Shown here in pieces: positions 12,201 through 23,101 of a stretch of DNA of 64,000 bases. The stretch spans positions 89,652,001 through 89,716,000 of the forward strand of contig NC_042999.1 of the NCBI RefSeq assembly GCF_006345805.1, written 5' to 3'. Numbering within the stretch: the stretch's first letter is position 1; the number at the start of each line of letters is the position of its first letter. The DNA comes from Octopus sinensis. Lineage: Eukaryota. A program made the position numbers and the translations under genes. Under the pieces are notes generated by a model. The model searched no databases. It had not been told where the DNA came from and was given only the letters and a program-made list of their open reading frames with translations.

Positions 12201-12299
12201 ACAGTGAACTCTGATGAAGGAAATATTATTCGACGGAGTGAATATGGACTGTTCCTACAGCCCCTTAATATTTCCTGAAACGGCCGTAGGTTTTAACTG
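12201..12299 (+). ncRNA. Type I hammerhead ribozyme motif, probably in a Penelope-like terminal repeat
   Basis: CUGAUGA 12211-12217; 11-bp perfect stem II (12218-12228/12266-12276); GAAA 12277-12280; palindromic stem III ACGGCCGU; GUA triplet ending 12288; bulged 9-bp stem I. Confidence 0.8.
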
Positions 12300-12802
12300 A
12301 CTTTCACTTTTCATGGTTTTAATTGACTTTTATCTTCATGATATCTCGTATTACTGAACTCTATTCATTCTCTATCGAATACATGTATCTACACACACAT
12401 ACACGGTTTTCATGTTATTATTTATTAGTTCACTTACATTTTATATCTTATAATTTTATCATATATATATTTTTATTATCTTTTATCATTTTTTTATTAT
12501 TTGAATTTTTAATTTTTTAACTATCCCTCCATATTTACGAAAAAATATCAATAATTTTAAAATATCACCTTATTCGTCCACAACCATTCGAATTTTTAAA
12601 ATTATTGTGTTCGTCTCGCCAGCTGACAGCTTTTTTTTGTATCAAGGTGAAATATAGATGTTTCATTAAAGCATCTATTTTTTCAACATGCAAGGTAATA
12701 GTCGTTTCTATCTCCCACTCTTTTTTTATATATTTATATTTGAATTTGCCGCCAAGCAGAAGCATGTTGAAGCTTGATAAGGAAGTTTAGCTTTCTTTCA
12801 CT

Positions 12803-12804
<2 letters not shown>

Positions 12805-12853
<49 letters not shown>

Positions 12854-12902
12854 AATTATGTATGTTTATGTAAGTATGTATGCATGCATGTATGTATGCA
12901 TA

Positions 12903-12973
<71 letters not shown>

Positions 12974-13004
12974 ATTTACATATACATACATACATACATG
13001 TATG

Positions 13005-13055
<51 letters not shown>

Positions 13056-13145
13056 ATGCATATATATGTATGTATATATGTATGTATATATACATGTAAA
13101 TACATATATATGTATATATATGCATGTATGAATGTATATATGTGT
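12805..13145. repeat. (TA)n-rich compound microsatellite
   Basis: Direct reading. Confidence 0.95.
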
Positions 13146-13159
13146 AAGAATTTATAAAC

Positions 13160-13800
13160 TTTCGAGGGAACGTGAAATCATTCTGTTTTGGAATAGCGAA
13201 TCTCGAAGAACATAAAGGTGGAGATAATAGCATGGATAGAAGGTTGCTTGTCTGTGGGAGAAACATGACAAAGGGAGAAATTGCAGGGTGTTTTTGATTT
13301 AGTATTGGGAAAATTAAGTGGGTAATGAGAGTGGGAGAGCTGTATCTGAATCATCGAGTTGATATGCAAATAGTTTGTTCAGAGAAGTAAAAGATGTTTG
13401 GAAGATATAACGGGCAGACAGAAAAGACATAGAAAGCGTAGAGGGAAGAAAGAAAGAAAAAAGAAAGAAGAAAGAGCTCGCCCGTTGGCCAGAGGTATGT
13501 TGATGATTTGGCATTTGTCAATCAACTGGATGGCCGTCTTTTGTGTGCGATCTAGGATATTGTGAAAGTAATACTCAATTGTGGGTTTTGCTCAGTTAAA
13601 TAGATGATCGGCAACTGCCCATTGTTAAAGTATTTTCTAAACCTTAAGTCGGAGGTTTTTCTTTGCGATGTTGTTTATTTACCATGTTATTTGAGTAAGG
13701 ACATCTGTCATATCTTCAGGAATTTATGAGTTCCAGCATTTTTTAAACGGCTGTGAGGGTTTTATTCGTGTATTGTTCATGGCTATAACGTACGAGATAT
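13160..13800 (-). mobile_element. Degenerate CR1/L2/Jockey-like LINE 3' part (same type as 1290-2230)
   Basis: FRKYFNNGQL, PTIEYYFH and ILDRTQKTAIQLI on the minus strand. Confidence 0.6.
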
Positions 13801-16418
13801 AGTCACGCTATATCTTTTAAATCATTCTGAAATTTAGCTACAATGTTTTATTTCTTAATTCATAGTTAACAATATAAGTAATGAAATTATTTTACAATAC
13901 TAACATGCTCATGTTTCATTTGCAAATCATGGAAGCAACTCGGAAATTCAAGAAAATCAAAGTGGTTGGCTAAATATAGGCGGTTTCAATATTGAGTTAT
14001 AAAATTTATTTGTTCAATCTTGCGATAAATGCACCTAAATTTATACTCAACAGCGTTAAATGCATTAAATATATATTCAACAGCGGTTTAGCTGTAAGAA
14101 TATATCTATTATAGTAGCTGTGACTATATGGATCTTCTCGAAGAACTCACTCTTTTTGTTTTCTTATCAGTCTTAACATTAAAAGAAGCAGATTTTGTAG
14201 CAAAATTCATTCGAATTGAAAATATAGTTAGGAGGTTAGTACGAAATGTAACTGCAACTCATGTCTACGAATCATAAGGAATATGAATAAGGTTCTTAAA
14301 AAGTAATACAAGTATTTGAATCAACATTGAAAGGATGTATTGAGCAGTGAGAAATCTTTGAACATTACCTTATAAACATACTGTTTAATCATCGTTTGCG
14401 TAGTGAAACTTGTAGCTTTGCTGAAAAGTTATTTTATTTGGCCAGTAATTTTATGAGGTTGGTAGAATATAAATTACAAGATCAACTGTATGAAACTCCA
14501 CTCTCAGTTGATCTCGAATTTATCTACGCAATTGCGGCATTAATACAACATGAAAAGAGCAAAGTAGACGTTTAATTAACAACTACTCCCAATATTCTCT
14601 GTGTCAAAATATTCTATGGCCAAGACTTTCAAGTCATTTAGTCCTCTTATATGTCTAATTTAAGGCGAATATCTTCGTATTGTATTCACAGTGATAAATT
14701 TACTACAACTGCTTTATGAACTAATAACAAAAACGTTAATGAGAATAGAGGAAAAGCTAGAAAGTGACATAGAAAATAAAAATAATGTCAAAGTATCAAG
14801 CTATGAGTAAACGGAATATTTATCAACGTTCCAGACACAGACCCTTTACCAATGCACAGTAAAAGTAAATTAAGAGAGAAAGAAAATAGACTGCGTATTG
14901 TTTAAACGAGTCATGGTGATTAAAGTGGGAATGATGGATGGTGGTATTTAGTAAAAGATAGCAAGAGTAGATAGGGACGATAGGCTATGCGTGAAATGAA
15001 AGAGGGAGAGGAGTAACAAACGACAAGGAAATTTGCGTGTGAATACACGAGTATGTCTGGGTGAGTGAATAAAAGAGTAGAATTGTATGAACATGTGTGC
15101 TTCTGTATATGTTGGAGATGATAAGACAAGGAAAACTAATCGTTAATTTCATTTTGCCGAGAAGGTCACCAAAAGGGAAAAATCAATTGTCGTTCACAGA
15201 CACAACGGAGTTGGGTGGAAGGCTTGGCCTGGTGCTGGATTAGAGCAAAAACAGGAAAGCTATAGAAAGAATGTATAATGCTGAAATGCAGTGAAACAGA
15301 TCCATGAAATTCGCGGTTGTTATATCGTACATTATGCTTCCTGCTTCGATTTCTACTTATCCCATTCTGCTCAAATGATGTCAGCTATTCCCTTTCACAA
15401 TTCCTCCACAACCGCGATTGCCGTATCTGAGATAGATTTCGAGGTTATGCCCTACAAAATAACCCATTTCTTTCCGCCTTGCTATGGACACGCCTTATCG
15501 GTGAACCCTAACTATTGATCACATTTCTCCCCTGCGAGTACCCATTCAATCACAGGTTGTACTCTCTCCTGCCAGTTGATTTCGCATTCTGCAGTTATCA
15601 TATTCTCTAATCCGCCTCTAATATTTAACTCATATTTCCGGAATATCTCCTCTCTCTTTAAGGAAATCGATATCGACATGATCATCTAGTCAGCACCCCT
15701 TTATATCTCGCCAAAAACAACCTAGATCATCAATCCTTTTGTAACACAACTTCTTTGTCCACTATCGTTCTGGGTCCACTCTCCAAGTTGCATTCTTCAA
15801 GCCCACTCTCTAAGTTCAAATAAAATTATTGAATGTGCATGTTTCCTTACACCTTCAGGAATTTTATTTATTGTAAGATGTATTCACTTTGTAATATTTG
15901 TATATTATTTGGGAGAGTATATGCTTAATATGTGATGTAACAGATCTGAACTTCTTGAACTTGTAGCTTTAGCTACCTACATTTTCATTTATCTTTATAT
16001 CCCTTCCCTTCGCTTTAATACAGTAATCCATGCTAATGAGAATTAAGCATTGTGTTTGTCATCCTGTTTCAAAGCACCAGCGCATGTCTTGCAAATAAAT
16101 AATTTTTTTAGTATTAAAAGCATATTTCACACATATTTTCTTCATATTATAGAAATGAAATGAAATGTAAAAAAAAGATAAAGCTGAAACGAAAAATATA
16201 TAGCTACTTCATTGTTATTAATAGACTGAGTTTATTATTTTAAATAATTTTTTGATTTTAATACTTTACTTTTGCCGATGTAGACCCACATCTAGATTAA
16301 TCTGATTCTAGGTTTTATTTAGATAGTGATACTATCTGTCATTCACCTAAACAGCGAAATGATTAAATGCAGCAAGAAACCTTTTAGAAGTCGAAATTTA
16401 AACTATTTTCAAAATTAC

Positions 16419-16639
16419 CCCTTTCGTTACTGTATTTCTTTTGATATGCTGTGTGTCTCTTTCAATTACTTTAAATATAACAAAGAATTTAGTAAAATAA
16501 CTTAGTTATCATTAAGCTAGTGTTAGGAACATAAATTGCCACCAAGGTTTAGTGGAAGATCTTAATTCAGAACTTTTGGAAACAAGACATTTGTACGACA
16601 GACCCAGAGCCGGTTTCGGCCGGGCTGGTAATGAAAGGG
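16419..16639. mobile_element. piggyBac-type non-autonomous MITE
   Basis: TIRs ccctttcgttac and gtaatgaaaggg (1 mismatch); flanks ttac/ttgt look like decayed TTAA. Confidence 0.6.
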
Positions 16640-16883
16640 TTGTCTTCATATTCATGTTTTCATTTTCTTTGTTTTTGTTTTAAACACTTCTACTTAGTAT
16701 TTAGTCATCCTTTTTATTTTGTTTGGCATAACAAGTGTGGGATGATATTATATTGTCTGGAACACACTGTATATGTTTGCTCTTGCGTCCACGTATCTAT
16801 GTTTACCTAACTCACACATGTTTTGAAAAATAATAGTTGTTTACTTTATACTTACAATTCTCATTGAATAGGAGCTCACTTGC

Positions 16884-16953
16884 CTGGGACTATCAGGTGA
16901 TTTATCTTGGCCTCCGCAATCGTAATACATTCTTTTCGCCTCTGTTGGATTTT
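16884..16953 (-). CDS. Host gene exon with GC donor (KIQQRRKECITIAEAKINHLIVP)
   Basis: Acceptor ttcattttgaaag, donor cag|gcaagt, 70 nt, phase 0 to 1; bridges 30307-30357 to 10616-10677 in frame. Confidence 0.55.
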
Positions 16954-17379
16954 CTTTCAAAATGAATTGATAAAAGCAAAAAAGTAGTAAAGAACAAATA
17001 CATCAAGAATTCTTGAAAAATACATTTTTATAGGTATATTTTTATTGAGAGCTTTATAAAATATCAACTGCGTTTTCCTACATTATTTAGGAAATGATTT
17101 TCCCTATCTTGGTTGCTTGTAATTAAATACTCGAGATACTAACTGAAATCATCATTGGAGCTTGTGTGCACATTTTTTGCCATCTGACATTAGAGAAATG
17201 GATATTTATCAGCGGACTATTTGCACAAAGGAAAAATTTGAGGAATCGATCATGATTTATGATAAACTGTAGTTTCATCAACCCTGAACTGATGAGGGAC
17301 AATTTAAATCTACCCCCACCCACACCAATACTAAATATAAAGATGGTACTGTATTCCAGTCCTTTCAAAACGCGGCGCA

Positions 17380-17545
17380 AAGCCTGACATTTTATGCACT
17401 CTAGTACGTGTTATTTTATCGACCTCAGAAGTATTACAGGCAAAGTAGACCCCAGTTGGATTTGAACTTAACAAAATAAAGGACTGGAAGAAATACCGCA
17501 TGGCAATTTATCCGACACTGTAATGTTCTTGCTAATCTAACACGT
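17380..17545 (-). mobile_element. SINE family A (diverged)
   Basis: ttattttatcgacctc...ggcaaagtagac...atttgaact. Confidence 0.7.
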
Positions 17546-18037
17546 TTATCTGGATCTGGAATATAATGATAATTCATTACATTAGCACAAGATCATAAAT
17601 TTGTCAAGAACGGTACACTATAATTGTACCCAACTAGTATCTACTTATTTTGGAATATATGAAAGATATTATCGATGTGGTGAGATTTGATTTCACAAGA
17701 TAGGGATGAAATTAAATCTGATAAATTATTCAATTAATCTGGCGACCTGTCATTTTTAGTTCTTTTTCCTCACTTTAATACCGTGGTCAACACTTGAGAG
17801 TTAAGTCTTGTGCTTACAGTGTATCACTGGTGATGTACAAGCTAATTGCATTACCAGCTGATTGCATGTCATCCTGTATTTCAAAGTACCAGCGTATGTC
17901 TTGCAAATCAATAATTTTCTTAGTATTTCAAACATATTTCACACATATGTTCTACGTACTATAGAAATAAAATTTAAAAGAAAATATAAAATCTGAAACG
18001 GAAATTATATAGCTACCCTTTTCTGAGTTCCAATTAC

Positions 18038-18056
18038 CGGTTTCATTGTCATTGTT
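18038..18056 (-). CDS. Candidate 19-nt microexon
   Basis: Strong acceptor tttttctttcttcgcag and donor ccg|gtaatt; frame ambiguous (NNDNET or TMTMKP). Confidence 0.3.
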
Positions 18057-18206
18057 CTGCGAAGAAAGAAAAATTCGTATATCAACAATTACGACCATTA
18101 AATATTTTGAGTATATATACATTTTCTTTTGTATATTATTCACGTTAACTTATGTTCTCTTGCCATCGAGTTTCAATTCAATTTCCGCTACAAGATATAT
18201 TTTCAC

Positions 18207-18266
18207 CTGTTGGTTTTAATTCGTTCTCGTATTTTGTTATTGCCTTCAAGTAACTAAATTGGAGCG
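18207..18266 (-). CDS. Candidate exon (S|LQFSYLKAITKYENELKPT)
   Basis: Donor cag|gtgaaa, weak acceptor ctaaatacag, only one open frame, phase 1 to 1, compatible with 23008-23101 and 10616-10677. Confidence 0.35.
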
Positions 18267-18307
18267 CTGTATTTAGAATGGATTCTGCGATTAAGTCTAT
18301 CAACATA

Positions 18308-19089
18308 CACTGGCCAAAATAAGTTTAAGATCGATGATGACAGTTCTATTCCTTCATTAATATATTTTTAACAAAACTGTATAAAATTATTTTACTTTTT
18401 ACAGTTTAGGTAGAATGTTTTTCTCTTCCGAATGATATAGGCGTTATATATCTTTCTACAATTCGAATAATTTTAATGCGCAATTATTTCAAATGATTAG
18501 AAATTGTCGGAAAAATAAGTTTAAGACCGTACCAAGATTATGCAAATTAATAAACCAAATGGGTGATCATATGGCTGGTCCTACTGCACTGTTTTGTTTA
18601 ATAATCGAACATTGTTCCACACTAATTGGTTATGGGAAAGCGTCGTAGTATTAGCCCAGTAACTAGATCAAATATCGTGTTGCTTCATCAGCAAAATGTG
18701 TCCTACATGAACATTAGCAAACAATTAGAATGCAGCAAAACGGTTTGTATTCAAGCATGGAAGCTTTATCAAGCCGCTGGCCAATACAAAGATCGGCAAA
18801 AAAACGGGCGCTCCGAGAAAAGACAACAGTACAGGTGGATCGGCTAATTCATAGACTCTCCGAAGGTAACCGAATGCTAACAGCAGTGAACATTTGCAAG
18901 CATTTATTTGATGAAACTGACCTCAGCTTTATACCACAAGCTGTCAGAAACTGCCTAAAAGAATCTGAACTGTTCGGCCGGATCGCTCGAAAGAAGCCAA
19001 TAATTTCTGAGACGAACCGGCGGAAGCGGATCAAGTTGGACGGCTAAAGACTGGTCAAACGTTCTTTGGGGCGACGAATCCCGCTTCTG

Positions 19090-19090
<1 letters not shown>
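18308..19090 (+). mobile_element. Tc1-like transposon, left end plus N-terminal transposase (truncated)
   Basis: TA then CACTGGCCAAAATAAGTTTAAGA; MGKRRSISP..HTH, GR.RKTT, ARKKPIISETNRRKR and VLWGDES (first D); frameshifted. Confidence 0.85.
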
Positions 19091-19265
<175 letters not shown>

Positions 19266-19389
19266 GCATACATGCATGTATGTGACTTATTTCACTTTAC
19301 CTTTCCACCGTTCTCTTGATAGTCGGTATCAGCTATCTCGTTGCGTTCGTCGGTGATAAATTTATCGATTTCCATTTCAGATACTGAAT

Positions 19390-19393
19390 AATA

Positions 19394-19442
<49 letters not shown>

Positions 19443-19512
19443 TAATAATAATAATAACCATAATAATAATAATAATAATAATATAATAATAACAATAATA
19501 ATAATAATAACC

Positions 19513-19551
<39 letters not shown>

Positions 19552-19552
19552 T

Positions 19553-19594
<42 letters not shown>

Positions 19595-19624
19595 TATTAT
19601 TATTATTAATAATAATAATAATAA
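19390..19624. repeat. (AAT)n microsatellite at the 5' flank of an R4 LINE
   Basis: Direct reading. Confidence 0.95.
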
Positions 19625-19625
19625 A

Positions 19626-22233
19626 TAGACATCACAACAGCACCAACGGCAGAAGAAGTAGAATAATTCTGGAAAGAAATATGGTCGGCGAATGAACAAC
19701 AAAAAAAAAAGGAGTATTAAAACAACAAACTTAGCATCTGAGCAACTCGGGACCCCCATAACAACTGAAGAGGTCACTCAGGCACTGCAAAGACTAAGCA
19801 ACTGGAAGGCACCTGGGCATGACAAGATCCCCAACTTCTGGTTGAAATATGACAGGAATGCACAAAAAGCTGGCTGAAAACTTTAACAACATACTGGCAA
19901 AGCCAGAGACAATGCCTGAATGGCTCACGAAGGGGGAAAACCATCTTAATTCCCAAATCCAACAAAACCAGAAAGCTACAGACCTATAACCTGTCTCCCT
20001 ACAATGTACAAAGCAATTACTGCAGTAATATCACAAAGATTGAACAAGCACCTGGACGAAAACAACCTGTTTCCAGAAGAGCAGAAAGGATGCTGCAAAG
20101 GCTCATATGGCTGTAAAGATCAACTAATGATCAATAAAGCCATAACTGAAGACAGCCACAGAAAGAAGAAAGGCCTCAGTATGGCCTGGATCGACTACCG
20201 AAAGGCGTTTGATAGCATTCCCAACACGTGGATCCTCGAAACACTAGCCATTAATAAGGTAGCACCAACAATTATAAAATACATAGGACACTCTATGAAT
20301 AAATGGCAGACAGTGCTACAGCTCCAAACAAAAGAGGGACTCGTGAAAACCAAAGCCATCCCCATTAGAAGAGGAATATTCCAGGGAGACACGCTCTCTC
20401 CACTCCTTTTCTGCTTGGCATTGTCACCTCTATTTGATATGCTAAATAGAACTGGATGCGGATATAGGTGTTACGGCAAAACGATCGGCCACCTTTTATA
20501 TATGGATGACCTAAAATTATACGCTACAAATGACAAACAGCTGGAAACACTACTAAAGACAGTTAATGGATTTCCCAAAGAAATAGATATGAAATTTGGA
20601 TTAGAAAAATGCGCCAAAGTAACCCCGAAAAGAGGAAAATTAGTTAAGAGTAGCAACATCACACTAGATAAAGCCAATGAAATAAGAGAATTAGACCAAA
20701 GCCAAACTTACAAATATTTAGGAATACATGAACTAGATAAAACACAACGCACACAAATGAAAAATAAAATTAAAAAAAGAATGCTATAGACGAGTTAGAT
20801 CAATACTAAAAACAGAGCTCAATTCTAAAAACAAGATAATAGGTATTAACACTTTAGCCGTCCCAGTTATAAGTTACATCTACAATATCCTTAACTGGAC
20901 GCTAAATGAACTAACCAAAATAGATTGAAAAACAAGAAAAATAGTGACAGGATCTAGGATGCATCACCCAAAATCTGACATAGAAAGGCTATATTTACAA
21001 CGGTAGAGGCCTTATAAAGCTGGAAAACTATTATAAAATAACTACCATAGGACTGCAAAAATACCTACTTCAGAAGCAAGGAAAACTGATACAAATAGCG
21101 GTAAAAAAAAGCAAAACAAAAAATTGTTCTCAGTATTTATGGAAACTGACAAATACAAACAAGAAATCATACCACCTAACAAATATGAAGAAGAAGAAGA
21201 AGAAGAAGAAGAAGAAGAAGAAGAAGAAGAAGAAGAAGAAGAAGAAGAAGAAGAAGAAGAAGAAGAAGAAGAAGAAGAAGAAGAAGAAGAAGAAGAAGAC
21301 ACAACAAAAGCTATAAAACAAACGAAATCCAAACTAAAACTAGAACAGCAACGAACCATGATAAAACGATGGCAAGAAAAGCCCCTTCATGGCAAATACT
21401 GGACTAAACTAAATGCAAAAGAAATAGACAAAGAAAAATCCCAGCAATGGTTGAGAAGCTCAGGACTCAAAGCAGAGACAGATGGATTTTTAATTGCAGC
21501 ACAAGACCAAAGCCTCCCCACCAGAAATTACCAAAAACATGTAATGAAAAGAAATATAACAAGTAACTGCAGAATATGTGGAGATGGACAAGAAACAATA
21601 AATCATATTATCTCTAGCTGCCCAGTCCTGGCTAAGAAGGAATATATTCACAGACATGACAGATTTGGAACCTACATACATTGGAAGCTATGCCAACATT
21701 ATGGAATAACAACAGAAAAAAGATGGTATAGGCACACACCAGAAAAGGTCACAGAAAACGAGAAAGCAACCATACTCTGGGATATGCCGATACACACAGA
21801 TAGAGAAATTAAGGCCAACATACCAGATATAGTTGTCAGAGATCATGAAGAAAAAAATGCTTTCTAATTGATGTATCAATACCAGCAGATGACAACGTGT
21901 CTCTAAAAGAAATGGAGAAACTCTCAAAATACAAAGGCCTGGAAATAGAGGTAACCAGAATGTGGAATCTAAAAACAGAAACAATTCCTATCATAGTAGG
22001 TGCATTAGGCATGATAAAAAAATATTCAGACAAATACATAACAAAAACACCAGGACTTACAAACACATATAACATACAGAAAATTGCACTACTAGGCACT
22101 GCACACATCCTACGCAGAACACTTTCAATGCAGTAACCATCAGAGCATCACAGCAAGTCACAGCACATACCCAAGGCACACAGGGCTGCGCTCGGTAGTG
22201 AAGTGAAAGCACGCTATAAAAATAAAACTACTG
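19626..22233 (+). mobile_element. 5'-truncated R4/Dong-clade non-LTR retrotransposon (RT, CCHC, RLE), inactivated
   Basis: RT motifs EEQKGC, DYRKAFDS, GIFQGDTLSP, YMDD at 20499-20510; CCHC CRICGDGQETINHIISSC; RLE PDIVV..D..K; ends LLGTAHILRRTLSMQ* at 22136; stops and frameshifts; (AAT)n on both sides. Confidence 0.95.
21187..21297 (+). repeat. (GAA)37 inside the LINE ORF
   Basis: 111 nt of pure GAA, in frame as poly-Glu. Confidence 0.95.
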
Positions 22234-22266
22234 AATAATTATAATAATAATAATAATAATAATAAC

Positions 22267-22316
<50 letters not shown>

Positions 22317-22719
22317 CAATAACAGCAGGAGTGGCAGCCACAGCAGCAACAATAGAAACAAAAATAACAGAAGCAGTAATTATAACTAGATAGATAAATA
22401 AGATGCTTACAACGCCAAAAAGTTTTGAGGAACACAAGTTAACCGATACCATCAACCCCAGTACTTCATTAATACTTTAGTTTGTCGATCCCACAACGAG
22501 GATCTCGGCAAGATATAATAAGAGTAATTTTTTCTTTATTTATCTTTGGAGGGCAATGCAATCAAAACCTTCGAAACACAGTTGCGTACAAAAACTAGTG
22601 GCGTGGGTTACAAAAAAGTGATCGAGATGAAGTTATAAATAGAAATTATGCGAGTGGATCAGAAACGTTGGTAAAAATAAGGGCAAACAATAAATAACAA
22701 TAACTAAATAATCGACTGC

Positions 22720-22855
22720 TGATTCTAACAGGTTCTTATTTTATCGAATTCAGACAGATGAAAAACGAAGTTGACCCTGATGGGATTAGAACTCAAAATG
22801 TGGGGAAGCACAACGAAATTTTACGCTCTACTGGTTCTTGCAGGCATCTTGAAGA
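22720..22855 (-). mobile_element. SINE family A (diverged)
   Basis: cttattttatcga...gatgaaaaacgaagttgacc...gaactcaaaatg. Confidence 0.65.
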
Positions 22856-23007
22856 GCACCAATATATTCCTTATTTTTATTATTTTTTATTTTTTGTTTC
22901 ATGGTAATTCCATTAATTTCAGTGTATACAAAGATTAAGAATAGATCAAAAGATTGATATAAGATAATAAAAACAAAAATTATAAGTTAGATATGAGATA
23001 ACCTTAC

Positions 23008-23101
23008 ATTCGTTGTTAATTTGGTTACTTTGGTTATATGTTGTAGGTTCTACATTTGATGATGGCTGGCCGCTCTGTGTCCGATTTTCTGAGTTATTTT
23101 G
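23008..23101 (-). CDS. Candidate host exon (QNNSENRTQSGQPSSNVEPTTYNQSNQINNE)
   Basis: Acceptor aatctcttacag, donor aat|gtaagg, 94 nt, single open frame, phase 0 to 1. Confidence 0.45.

Noticed and set aside
14350-14577. About 70-codon plus-strand open frame (EIFEHYLINILFNHRLRS...)
   Set aside because: No start, no splice signals and no recognisable motif; expected by chance at this length
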